A stretch of DNA of 64,000 nt from positions 266,739 through 330,738 of the forward strand of contig OZ244727.1 of assembly GCA_965219255.1 (NCBI GenBank), in the 5' to 3' direction. This document shows, piece after piece, positions 8,600-17,563 of this stretch (its first letter is position 1; every line of letters starts with the position of its first letter). The DNA is from Tepidiformaceae bacterium (GTDB taxonomy: Bacteria > Chloroflexota > Dehalococcoidia > Tepidiformales > Tepidiformaceae). Both the position numbers and the translations under genes were made by a program. The notes beneath the pieces are model-generated. The model saw only the letters and a program-made list of their open reading frames with translations. It did not search any database and was not told where the DNA came from.

Positions 8600-9445
8600 T
8601 CAGTCTGCGAGCCGCACCTTGAACTCGGCAGGGTCCATCCCTGCCTTCTTGATGTTGGATTCCGCACGTTCCACTTCAGTGTTGGCGTTCTGATGGTAGT
8701 TCGGGTTCTTCGCGTCGGCTGACGCAAGGTGTCCGTCCTCCACGAGCCACTGCACAACGCTCTGCCTCAGCCCATACCAGCTCTTCACTTGTATCCGTTC
8801 CCCGGTGGGGCAAAGCACCTCGATCGGCTTTGGGGCGCCTTGCGGCGGCCGCTGCCCAGCGAGTGACACCCACCTTGCCTCCGCTGATGTTGGAGGTGGA
8901 TCCTCCGGCTTCGGTGGAGCCACTGTCGACTCTGTGTCGGCGACCGGTGTCTCCCCCTGGCTGACGTTCCCCTCCGCCACACTGGGATGCCACAGCGCCA
9001 GGGCCTTCAGGCACACTCGAGCTGGCGAGTCGTTCAGGAGGTCGAACTGGACGACCCGCTTCTGTGCGACCGGCACGGGCTTATGGGTCTCGTAGACTTC
9101 CCACTTCTGTCCGTCGGTCACAGCGAAGTAGAGCGTTCCCCTTTCTAGGCAGTATCCGATGCTCTGACTTAGTCCGTCCCTCAATGGCCTCCCGAGCTTC
9201 TTCGCTTCCACCATGAGTGCTGGCTTGCCCTCAGAACTGAGGAGGGAATAGTCGGCTGGACCCGTCTGAGTGCGGTATTCCGGTACTACCTGAGCGGGGT
9301 CGCTCGTGTCCCATCCCAACCCTCGCAAGAGCGGATCAACAAGTGCGTAACGGGTCTGCGCTTCACTCTTCCGAAGCCCAGTGCCATGCTCATCGATCCG
9401 TGCCCGCAGCGTCTCAATAGTCTCCAACAGGTCTTCCAGTGGCAT
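8600..9445 (-). CDS. type I restriction enzyme HsdR N-terminal (Mrr-cat/PD-(D/E)XK) domain protein, stand-alone
   Basis: SEAQTRYALVDPLLRGLGWD followed by ADYSLL...PALMVEAKKLG, the classical HSDR_N nuclease core. No methylase or specificity gene nearby. GC lower than the flanks. Confidence 0.8.
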   Translation of the reverse strand: MPLEDLLETIETLRARIDEHGTGLRKSEAQTRYALVDPLLRGLGWDTSDPAQVVPEYRTQTGPADYSLLSSEGKPALMVEAKKLGRPLRDGLSQSIGYCLERGTLYFAVTDGQKWEVYETHKPVPVAQKRVVQFDLLNDSPARVCLKALALWHPSVAEGNVSQGETPVADTESTVAPPKPEDPPPTSAEARWVSLAGQRPPQGAPKPIEVLCPTGERIQVKSWYGLRQSVVQWLVEDGHLASADAKNPNYHQNANTEVERAESNIKKAGMDPAEFKVRLAD

Positions 9446-9577
9446 AGACCCGCACTATACCGCCGCTCTTCGTCCCCCAAGAGCCAACAGTCAAGAGCCA
9501 ACAGCCCTTCCCCCACCGATCACCGACCACCCCCGTATAGTCACCAGCCACGAACCACCAACCACCAAGGAGCCCCC

Positions 9578-10678
9578 ATGCCCCCCCTACGCATCGGCCT
9601 TATCGGAAGCGGCGGTATCTCCCGCGCCCACATGGGCGCCTTCCTCGAACACCGCGACGAGGTTGAGCTCGTCGCCGTCTGCGACATCCGCGAGGAGGCC
9701 GCCCAGGCCTACGCCGCCGACGCCGGCGTCGACCCCAGCGCCGTCTACACCAACACCGCCGACCTCCTCGCCCGCGACGATGTCGAGGCGGTCGACATCG
9801 CCACCATCCACGACCAGCACGCCAGCAACGCCATCGAGGCCGCCAGGGCGGGCAAGCACGTCTTGCTCGAGAAGCCGATGGCCTGCTCCGTCCAGGAAGC
9901 GCGCGACATCGTCTCCGCCTGCGACGACAACGGCGTCACCTTCATGGTCGCGCAGATGCTGCGCTACCTCCCCCATTACCAGAATGTGAAGCGCATCATC
10001 GAGTCGGGCGAGCTCGGCGACATCTGGGCCTGCCGCGCCGATAGCTGGTTCGGCGCCGCCCTCCCCGGCAGCATGACCAGCATGAACCGCGGCGACTGGT
10101 GGGGCTTCGACGGCAAACGCAACGGCGGCGGCAGCGTCATGATGGTCAGCACCCACCAGGTCGACCTCATCCGCTACTTCGTCGGCAACGTCGTCCGTAT
10201 CACCGCGAAGACCTGGGGCGACCACCCCCTCATGAAGAACGGCGCCGAGGACCGCGCCGTCGCCACCTTCGAGTTCGACAGCGGCGCCATGGGCACGCTC
10301 CTCTCCAGCTACAGCGCCCGCACCCCCTGGATGTACCAGTCCCTCATCCTCGGCACGAAGGGCACCATTTACACCGTGCCCGACCTCGACGGGAACGTCG
10401 TCAACCAGCACCACGCCCCCGCCCGCATCGCCTCCGAGGCTCGCGAGACGCAGCCCGGCCACAACGGCATCCATGCCTTCAACGAGGTCGGTCCGGACAT
10501 GGAGGGCCTCGTCGGCGAGAACCCCTTTACGAATGAGATCGTCCACTTCGCCCGCTGCATCCGCGACGGCGCGGAGCCCATCAGCAGCGGCCACGACAAC
10601 CTCAACACCATGGAGGCCGTGCACGGTATCTACGCCGCCGCCGAGGCCGGCCACACCATCGAGGTCGCCGACCTGTAG
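9578..10678 (+). CDS. Gfo/Idh/MocA-family NAD(P)-dependent oxidoreductase
   Basis: MPPLRIGLIGSGGISRAHMGAF Rossmann start, EKPMACSVQEA motif. AAGGAG RBS at 9567-9572, ATG at 9578. Confidence 0.9.
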   Translation: MPPLRIGLIGSGGISRAHMGAFLEHRDEVELVAVCDIREEAAQAYAADAGVDPSAVYTNTADLLARDDVEAVDIATIHDQHASNAIEAARAGKHVLLEKPMACSVQEARDIVSACDDNGVTFMVAQMLRYLPHYQNVKRIIESGELGDIWACRADSWFGAALPGSMTSMNRGDWWGFDGKRNGGGSVMMVSTHQVDLIRYFVGNVVRITAKTWGDHPLMKNGAEDRAVATFEFDSGAMGTLLSSYSARTPWMYQSLILGTKGTIYTVPDLDGNVVNQHHAPARIASEARETQPGHNGIHAFNEVGPDMEGLVGENPFTNEIVHFARCIRDGAEPISSGHDNLNTMEAVHGIYAAAEAGHTIEVADL

Positions 10679-10890
10679 GGCGTTCCGCTAGCCCGCCTCC
10701 ACGCCTGCTCGCCCTGCTCGTGGCGGCGGTGCGTGTCCTCGATGGCCACGTCGAGGTGGTCCCACAGGCGCTCGACCGTCGAGCGCAGCCGCATGTTCTG
10801 GTACGAGCCCCCAGACCGCCACCGGCTCGCCCATGGCGCGCCATTCTCACCGCGCCCGGGCATCCGCCAACCGCCGGTGGAGCGGTGGGG

Positions 10891-11313
10891 CTAACCCCAG
10901 TGGCCGGCCATGGGTGGGCTGTTCCAGACCTCGGTGATTCGTCCCTCCACCACCCGGAACACCTCGATGCCGCAGATGCGGAGCTCGTCCCCCACCACCT
11001 CCGCCGCTACCCCCGACTCCGCCAGCTCCGTGCCCGTCGGGCCGGTCATGTTCCAGACCCAGGTCACGTCCCGCCCGTCCCCGGCGAGCAGCAGTGTCTG
11101 AAAGTGCAGGCTGCGCCCGTCTGCTGCCGTTCCCGCCGCTCGCTCGCTCGTGACGCGTTTCAGCTGTTCCGTGTGACTCATGACACGGGTGCTCCCGGCG
11201 TCATGTCGGGTGTAGGGGTCGGCGCAGTACTCCAGGACTCCCGAGCTGTCGCCGCGGTTCCACACGCGCTCGACGTAGCTGGCCACGACTTCGCGCGCCG
11301 ATAGCTCAGACAT
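10891..11313 (-). CDS. SnoaL-like / NTF2-fold protein (ester cyclase-like)
   Basis: VVASYVERVWNRGD...YCADPYTRHD...IEVFRVVEGRITEVWN. Start at MSELS (CAT 11311-11313). Confidence 0.8.
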   Translation of the reverse strand: MSELSAREVVASYVERVWNRGDSSGVLEYCADPYTRHDAGSTRVMSHTEQLKRVTSERAAGTAADGRSLHFQTLLLAGDGRDVTWVWNMTGPTGTELAESGVAAEVVGDELRICGIEVFRVVEGRITEVWNSPPMAGHWG

Positions 11314-11399
11314 GGGGCGCAGTGTCGCACATGGGCGCGGTGCGCCTCCGCCTCCCCGCAACCGGTATCATCCCGCTACTTCCCGACCGGAGGCTCACC

Positions 11400-12623
11400 A
11401 TGGTCCGACCCGAAATCATCGAGCGCCAGGAAGCGCTTCACGACACACCCATCCTCGATCGCATCGCCAATCTTCGTGAAGCCCTCACACAGGCTGGCGA
11501 CGAGGCCCAGCAGCTTCGCCGCATGCCCGACTGGGGCGTTCAGGAGCTCATCAACGCCGGCATCTACCGCATGGTCGTGCCTGCCGAGTTGGGAGGGGAG
11601 GACCTCCTCGCCCGCGAGCAGATCGAGGTCATTGCGGCTTCAGCGGCGATCGATGGCTCCGTTGGCTGGTGTGTCCAGATCAACTCCGAGATCAACGCCC
11701 TCGTGCTGCGACAGATGGCGCCCGAGTTCGCACACCAGATCTGCGACGACTGGGACTACCTCGTCTGCTCCGGTCTGGGCGCCCCCAACGGCCCCTTCCC
11801 CGGCCGCGAAGGCCAGCGTGAGGGCGACGGCTGGCGCGTGAAGTACCAGGGCGCCTTTGCCAGCGGCTGCCACCACGCCACCTGGAACCTCATCCTGACG
11901 GGAGAGACCAAAGATCCCACGACCGGCGAGAACGTTGATGCCGCCTTCATGATTCCAAAGGGCGAATTCGAGATCGTCGACACCTGGGACATGGCCGGTC
12001 TGCGGGGCTCCGGCAGCCACGATGTCCGCATCGTCGGCTACGTCCCACCCGAGCACGTCCTTCCCCAGGCCGCCCTCGCCTCCACCAAGACCTGGGAGAA
12101 CCCCACCTACCGCAACCCCATCCAGGTGCCCTACAACAAGGGCGCCGTTGCCCTCGGCGTCGCCCGCGGCGCACTCGACGTTTTCACCGAGCTCGCCATG
12201 ACGAAGACGCCCTGGGGCTCCGGCTCACTGTTGAAAGACCTCCCCGAGGGGCCCGTACGCCTCGGCGAGATGGAGGCGACCTGGGCCGCCGCGCGCGCCT
12301 TCCTCATGGAGACGCAGGACGAGATCGAGGAGAACCTGGGCCCGCTCGACGGAGGCAGGGAGTATCCCGAGTGGCCCCTGGCGCGTCGCGGGCTCCTTGC
12401 CTCCACCCACGCCGCCCAGTCCTGCCGCCACGTCGTCGACATCATCCACAACACCGCCGGCACTACCGCCAGCCGCATGAGCCACCCCCTGGAGCGCAAG
12501 CTTCGGGACGCCCATCAGGCCGCCGCCCACGGCGGGGTCAGCTGGCGCCACTACGGCCGCGTGGGTAAGACCTTCCTCGGCGAGGACCCCCCGCCCCAGT
12601 ACGCCACCCCCACGCGTGCGTAA
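11400..12623 (+). CDS. acyl-CoA dehydrogenase-fold flavoprotein, paralog B
   Basis: MVRPEIIERQ..., IDGSVGWCVQINSEINALVLRQM, AGLRGSGSHDVRI, RKLRDAHQAAAHGGVSWRHY. Confidence 0.9.
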   Translation: MVRPEIIERQEALHDTPILDRIANLREALTQAGDEAQQLRRMPDWGVQELINAGIYRMVVPAELGGEDLLAREQIEVIAASAAIDGSVGWCVQINSEINALVLRQMAPEFAHQICDDWDYLVCSGLGAPNGPFPGREGQREGDGWRVKYQGAFASGCHHATWNLILTGETKDPTTGENVDAAFMIPKGEFEIVDTWDMAGLRGSGSHDVRIVGYVPPEHVLPQAALASTKTWENPTYRNPIQVPYNKGAVALGVARGALDVFTELAMTKTPWGSGSLLKDLPEGPVRLGEMEATWAAARAFLMETQDEIEENLGPLDGGREYPEWPLARRGLLASTHAAQSCRHVVDIIHNTAGTTASRMSHPLERKLRDAHQAAAHGGVSWRHYGRVGKTFLGEDPPPQYATPTRA

Positions 12624-12671
12624 GCGGGCATGCGGCGCTCTGGTACGGTTGCGCCACTAGACTGCGGCAGG

Positions 12672-13898
12672 ATGGGTTCCATGCGAGGGAGTCGATATCG
12701 CTTCGCCCTGCTCCCGGCGCTCGCGCTGGTCGCAACAATCGGGCTCGTCGCCGCCTGTGGTGACGACGGTGACGGCAGCGGCGATGTCACGCTGCACCTC
12801 GGCGCCATCCTCCCGGAGACCGGTGGGCTCTCCAATCTCGGCAGGCCCATGATCGCCGGCGTACGGCTGGCCGAAGCGGACATCAAGGCGGCGGGTGGCG
12901 CTATCGAGGTCACCTACGCCGACTCCGCCACCAGCCCCGAGACCGCCCCCGAGGCCGTCAACCGCCTCCTCAGCGAGGGGGTCCACGCCATCGTTGGCGC
13001 CGGCGCCTCGGGCGTTTCGCAGTCCTTCATCCAGATCCTCTTCGACGAGAAGATCCCGCAGTGCTCCCCCTCGAACACCTCCCCCTCGTTCAGCACCCAG
13101 GAGAATGCCGCCTACTACTTCCGCACAGTGCCGCCCGATATCGCCATCGCCCCGATCCTGGCCGACCTCGTCATAGGCGACGGCCACACCCGCATCTCCC
13201 TCGTCGCCCGCGCCGACGACTGGGGCCAGAGCCTCCTGGAGGAGCTCGAGAAGGAGCTGGAGCAGGTCGGCGCCGAGTACGACAGCGTCCTCTACGACCC
13301 CGCCGCCATCTCGTTCGATGCCGAGGTCGCCGCTGTCGAGAACTACGGTCCCGACGCGGTCATCAACATCACCTTCAACGAAGGACTGGCCCTCATCCGC
13401 CACCTGTTGGAGGCGGGCTACGGGCCAGAGCGGCAGTACCTGACCAACGGTTACATCGACCCCGCCCTCGCCAGCCAGATCGATCCCAACAACCCCAACG
13501 TCATCGATGGCATGAGGCTCCTTGAGCCCGGCGCCGACCTCGACTTCAACGAGCGGCTCGCAGCCGAAACCGGCGGCGAGATCGCCTACGGCGCCTCCGC
13601 CTACGACTGCACCATGATCCTCGCACTCGCCGCCCGCATCGCCGGCAGCACCGACGGCGACGACCTCCTGGAGGCCGTCGGCAAGGTCACGGACGGGGGC
13701 ACGGAGTGCACCTCCTACGCGGAGTGCGCCGAGCTCATCAGGGACGGCGATGACATCGACTACGTGGGCGTGAGCGGCCCCGTCAACCTCGACGAGGTCG
13801 GCGATCCCACCGTCGCCACCTACATCATTACGACGTACACGAATGGCGAGTTTGACCGGCTCCGCGTCGCCGAAGTCGACCTGAGCTCTGGTCGGTAG
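12672..13898 (+). CDS. LIV-type (Peripla_BP_6) ABC substrate-binding lipoprotein, single module
   Basis: Lipobox LVAACG, LGAILPETGGLSNLG, NRLLSEGVHAIVGAGASGVSQSFIQ, IPQCSPSNTSPSF, YYFRTVPPD. The choice of start among nearby ATGs is uncertain. Confidence 0.9.
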   Translation: MGSMRGSRYRFALLPALALVATIGLVAACGDDGDGSGDVTLHLGAILPETGGLSNLGRPMIAGVRLAEADIKAAGGAIEVTYADSATSPETAPEAVNRLLSEGVHAIVGAGASGVSQSFIQILFDEKIPQCSPSNTSPSFSTQENAAYYFRTVPPDIAIAPILADLVIGDGHTRISLVARADDWGQSLLEELEKELEQVGAEYDSVLYDPAAISFDAEVAAVENYGPDAVINITFNEGLALIRHLLEAGYGPERQYLTNGYIDPALASQIDPNNPNVIDGMRLLEPGADLDFNERLAAETGGEIAYGASAYDCTMILALAARIAGSTDGDDLLEAVGKVTDGGTECTSYAECAELIRDGDDIDYVGVSGPVNLDEVGDPTVATYIITTYTNGEFDRLRVAEVDLSSGR

Positions 13899-13920
13899 CG
13901 CGGCACGCGCCGCGCTACCG
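13893..13920 (+). terminator. GC-rich stem-loop overlapping the SBP stop codon (possible terminator or mRNA stabiliser, no U-tract)
   Basis: cggtagcgcggc / acgc / gccgcgctaccg, a 12-bp perfect stem. Confidence 0.35.
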
Positions 13921-13969
13921 ACCGCCAACCCTCTAGAATCCCCCGCACCCGCCTGCAGGGAGGCTCCCC

Positions 13970-15202
13970 GTGGTCCGTCCCGAGATCATCGAGCGCCAGA
14001 ACGCCATCAAGCAGACGCCCATGCTGGAGCGCATCGCTTCCATGAAAGAGATGCTCGCGCAGGCCGGCGACGAGGCGCAGCAGCTGCGCCACCTCCCCGA
14101 ATGGGCCTCGAAGGAGATGGCCGACCAGGGCCTCTACCGCTTCGTCCTCCCCCTTGAGCTCGGCGGCGAGAACGTCACCGCCCGCGAGCAGATCGAGAAC
14201 GTCGAGGCCGCCTCCGCCATCGACGGTTCCGTCGGCTGGTGCGTCCATATCAACTCGGAGATCAACGCGCTCGTCATCCGCCGCATGGAGCCGGAGTTCG
14301 CCCACAAAATCTGCGACGACTGGTACGTCCTCGTCTGCTCCGGCCTCGGCCCGCCCAACGGCCCCAACCCCGGCCGCAAGGCTCGCCGCGAGGGCGACGG
14401 CTGGCGGCTCAACTACCAGGGCTCCTTCGCCAGCGGTAGCCACAACGCCACCTGGAACTTCGTCATGGCCTCGCAGATGACCGACGAGGACACCGGCGAG
14501 ACCCCCGTGAACTCCTACATGGTTCCCCGCGGCGAATTCGAGGTCGTCGACACCTGGGACACCGCCGGCATGCGTGGCTCCGGCAGCCACGACGTGCGCA
14601 TGACCGACTGCTACGTGCCCCCCGAGCACTGCCTCCCCGAGGTTGCCCTCGCCTCGAGCGAGATCTGGGAGAACCCCACCTACCGCAACCCCACGCACGC
14701 CGTCTACAACAAGTCCGCCGTCGCCCTCGGCGTCTGCCGCGGCGCCATCGACTCCTTCATCGACCTCGCGAACGTCAAGACCCCCTGGGGCTCGGGCGCC
14801 ATGCTCAAGGACCAGCCCCAGGCGCAGTACCGCGTCGGGGAAGCCGAGGCCACCCTGCAGGCCGCCCGCGCCTTCGTCATGGAGACACAGGACGCGCTCG
14901 AAGCCCACCTTGGCCCCCTGCCCTCACAGGGCGGCCGCCTCACGCCCGACTGGGAGCACGCGCGCCTCGCCCTTCTCGCCTGCGCTCACTCCGCCCAGTC
15001 CGCGCGCGAGGTCGTCGGCAGGCTCAACAACACCGCCGGCACCACCGGCAGCCGCATGGACAGCCCCCTCGAGCGCAAGCTCCGCGACGCCCATCAGGCC
15101 GCCACCCACGCCCTCATCTCGTACCGCCACTACGAGAACATCGGCAAGACTTGGGTCGGCCACGACCCACCCCCCAACTACCGCCAACCCGAGCGGGCGT
15201 GA
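13970..15202 (+). CDS. acyl-CoA dehydrogenase-fold flavoprotein, paralog C
   Basis: GTG start preceded by GGGAGG. MVRPEIIERQ..., IDGSVGWCVHINSEINALVIRRM, AGMRGSGSHDVRM, RKLRDAHQAATHALISYRHY. Confidence 0.9.
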   Translation: MVRPEIIERQNAIKQTPMLERIASMKEMLAQAGDEAQQLRHLPEWASKEMADQGLYRFVLPLELGGENVTAREQIENVEAASAIDGSVGWCVHINSEINALVIRRMEPEFAHKICDDWYVLVCSGLGPPNGPNPGRKARREGDGWRLNYQGSFASGSHNATWNFVMASQMTDEDTGETPVNSYMVPRGEFEVVDTWDTAGMRGSGSHDVRMTDCYVPPEHCLPEVALASSEIWENPTYRNPTHAVYNKSAVALGVCRGAIDSFIDLANVKTPWGSGAMLKDQPQAQYRVGEAEATLQAARAFVMETQDALEAHLGPLPSQGGRLTPDWEHARLALLACAHSAQSAREVVGRLNNTAGTTGSRMDSPLERKLRDAHQAATHALISYRHYENIGKTWVGHDPPPNYRQPERA

Positions 15203-15206
15203 GGGC

Positions 15207-15707
15207 CTACCCCTCGACCGGCACCGCCAGCCCCTCCACCACCTCTACTCCCGGCACCTTGGCCAGCGCGTCCGGGGCGACCGCGATCTTCGAGGAGCGG
15301 GTGCCGCTTCCCAGGATCACCCGGTCGAGCGCGAAGATGGCTGCGTCGACGTAGATGGGGAGGCCCTCCGGCAGCGCGAACGCCGTCACGCCGCCGATGG
15401 CCATGCCCGTGTGCGCCACGGTGTCCTCGGTCGATGCGAACGACGCCTTGCGCACGCCCATCAGCTTGCGCACGCGACGGTTCACGTCGAGACGTGTGTC
15501 GGCGCGCACGACGCAGGCCGCGAACTGTCGCGGCTCGTTCCGCGAGGCGATCAGGATCGTGTTCCCGCACTCCGGGACGGGGTAGCCGTACTCCCGGCAG
15601 AAGTCCGCCGTGTCGCCGAACGCCGGATCGATCTCGATGCGCTCGTACGCGATCCCGAGCGTATCGAGAGTCGCCAGCACGGCGTTCTCGGCGTCGACGT
15701 GCCCCAT
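15207..15707 (-). CDS. YbaK/EbsC-type aminoacyl-tRNA deacylase (trans-editing) domain protein
   Basis: MGHVDAENAVLATLDTLGIAYERIEIDP...NTILIASRNEPRQFAACVVRADTRLD...GMAIGGVTAFALPEGLPIYVD. This is the real gene inside the long ORF 15207..16778. Confidence 0.85.
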   Translation of the reverse strand: MGHVDAENAVLATLDTLGIAYERIEIDPAFGDTADFCREYGYPVPECGNTILIASRNEPRQFAACVVRADTRLDVNRRVRKLMGVRKASFASTEDTVAHTGMAIGGVTAFALPEGLPIYVDAAIFALDRVILGSGTRSSKIAVAPDALAKVPGVEVVEGLAVPVEG

Positions 15708-16678
15708 CACCCCGCCAGCGCCCGACCCAGCGCCGCGAGCTCGTCCGCCGCCCAGCGCTGCGATAGCACCGAGGTCGGGACTGCTCCGTTCGACCCGTGG
15801 TAGGCCCCCGGGTACACGTGCAACTCGACGGGGACGCCCGCGTTCGCCATGGCCCGCGCGTAGGCCACGTCCTCGTCGACGAACAGGTCGAGGTCGCCCA
15901 CGTTGATGTAGGCGGGGGGCAGACCGGCGAGGTCCGTCGCGCGTGCCGGCGCGGCGTAGGGCGATACGCCCTCGCCGCCCGCGTTCCCGGAGAGGTAGGC
16001 GTTCCAGCCCGCGTCGTTCGCCTCGCGGTTCCACGTCCGCCCATCCGTGACCGCGTGGCTGCTGCGGGTCTCGTTGCGGTCGTCCAGCATCGGGTAGACG
16101 AGCAGCTGGTAGCAGAGCGGCGCCTCGCCGCGGTCGCGTGCCGCCAGCGCCACCCCCGCCGCCAGTCCCCCACCGGCGCTCCCCCCACCCACGGCGATGC
16201 GAGCGGGATCGATCCCGAATTCCTCCCCCGACCGCCACAGCCACGCGAGCCCCGCGTAGCAGTCTTCCAGTGGCGCCGGGAAGGGGTGCTCCGGCGCCAG
16301 CCGGTACTCGACCGACGCCACCAGCACGTTCAGCTTGTCGGCGATGTTGGCGCAGTAGGGGTCGCTCATCTCCACATTCCCCATCACCATGCCCCCGCCG
16401 TGGATCCAGTAGAACGCGGGAGCCGGTTGAGGCAGCCCCTCGGGGCGGTAGAGGCGCACGGGGACATCCGGATCCCCCGCCGGACTGGGAACCTGCCGGT
16501 CCTCGATCGCGACCCTCGCCGGCAGAACCGGCTGGGGCAGGGACGCCCGCATCTCCGCCATGCGCGCCCGCGTGCCCGGAATGTCCGACCAGTCCCGTTG
16601 CGGTCGCGGCATCCCTTCGAAGACGGGCCGGTGCTCGGCGTCGAGCCGGCTGGCGATGTCGATAGGGGCTACGTCCAT
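15707..16678 (-). CDS. alpha/beta hydrolase, hormone-sensitive-lipase-like esterase
   Basis: Oxyanion HGGG (YWIHGGGMVMG) and nucleophile GGSAGGGLAAG. The stop overlaps the next start (TGATG). Confidence 0.9.
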   Translation of the reverse strand: MDVAPIDIASRLDAEHRPVFEGMPRPQRDWSDIPGTRARMAEMRASLPQPVLPARVAIEDRQVPSPAGDPDVPVRLYRPEGLPQPAPAFYWIHGGGMVMGNVEMSDPYCANIADKLNVLVASVEYRLAPEHPFPAPLEDCYAGLAWLWRSGEEFGIDPARIAVGGGSAGGGLAAGVALAARDRGEAPLCYQLLVYPMLDDRNETRSSHAVTDGRTWNREANDAGWNAYLSGNAGGEGVSPYAAPARATDLAGLPPAYINVGDLDLFVDEDVAYARAMANAGVPVELHVYPGAYHGSNGAVPTSVLSQRWAADELAALGRALAG

Positions 16679-16768
16679 GGGGTCCTCCTCGTGCGTCCGG
16701 CGGCGAGTCTACGCCGCCCGCGGCCCCGCTCGCGTACGATTGCGCCCGATTCGGGCGGGAGGTCGCAC

Positions 16769-17554
16769 ATGGGCACACTCGACGGTCGTGTCGCCATCGT
16801 CACCGGTTCCAGTCGCGGCATCGGCGAGGACGTGGCTCGCGCCCTCGCCGCCGAGGGCGCGAGGGTCGCCATCGCCGCGCGCACCGAGGAGGTCAGGGAC
16901 AAGCGCCTCCCCGGCACCATCCACACCGTCGCCGAGACCATCCGCAGCGATGGCGGCGAGGCTCTGCCCGTGCGCATGGACGTGCGCGACCCCGAGAGCA
17001 TCGGCGCGGGTGTCGAGCGTGTCGTGGAGGAGTGGGGCCGCGTCGACATCCTTGTGAACAATGCCGCCATCCTCGTCCCCGGCTCCATCGAGACCGTCCA
17101 GCCCCGCCACCTCGACCTCATCTGGCAGATCGACTTGCGCGGCCCCCTCCTCCTCATCCGCGCCTGCGTGCCCCACATGCGGGCCGCGGGCGGCGGCCAT
17201 GTCGTCAACGTCTCGTCGCGGGCGGGAGTCTTCCCCGGCCCCGGCCCCTACCCCGAGACCCGCGCGAGCGGCGGCTTCTACGCGATGGTCAAGTCCGGCC
17301 TCGAACGCTACTCGCAGGCCCTCGCCATGGAGCTGCAGGACGACGGCATCGCCGTCAACGTCCTCTCCCCCATCGGTCGAATCCGCACGCCCGGGAACAT
17401 CTGGGCCGAGAACGATCCCGAGAACCCGACGCTCGAGTTCGAGCGCGCGCCCCACATGGCCAAAGGCACCGTGTGGATCTGCGAGCAGCCCCCCGGCGAG
17501 TTCACCGGCCACATCCTCTTCGACGAGGAGCTCTGCGCCGAGAAGGGCCTGTAG
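16769..17554 (+). CDS. SDR-family oxidoreductase
   Basis: VAIVTGSSRGIGEDVA (TGxxxGxG), NNAA, YAMVKSGLE (YxxxK). ATG at 16769 inside the long ORF 15797..17554. Confidence 0.9.
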   Translation: MGTLDGRVAIVTGSSRGIGEDVARALAAEGARVAIAARTEEVRDKRLPGTIHTVAETIRSDGGEALPVRMDVRDPESIGAGVERVVEEWGRVDILVNNAAILVPGSIETVQPRHLDLIWQIDLRGPLLLIRACVPHMRAAGGGHVVNVSSRAGVFPGPGPYPETRASGGFYAMVKSGLERYSQALAMELQDDGIAVNVLSPIGRIRTPGNIWAENDPENPTLEFERAPHMAKGTVWICEQPPGEFTGHILFDEELCAEKGL

Positions 17555-17563
17555 CGGGCCGCC

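Noticed and set aside
10679-10890. Possible small gene or gene remnant between the convergent Gfo/Idh/MocA and SnoaL genes (track ORF 10630..10863, minus strand)
   Set aside because: There is no recognisable motif, it overlaps the 3' end of the oxidoreductase gene, and its composition is consistent with a chance ORF.
15708-16778. N-terminal 357 codons of track ORF 15207..16778, and likewise the first 324 codons of 15797..17554
   Set aside because: These are read-through extensions upstream of the true starts of the YbaK-like gene (15707) and the SDR gene (16769). They overlap the esterase gene, which has HGGG and GxSxG motifs, in another frame or strand.
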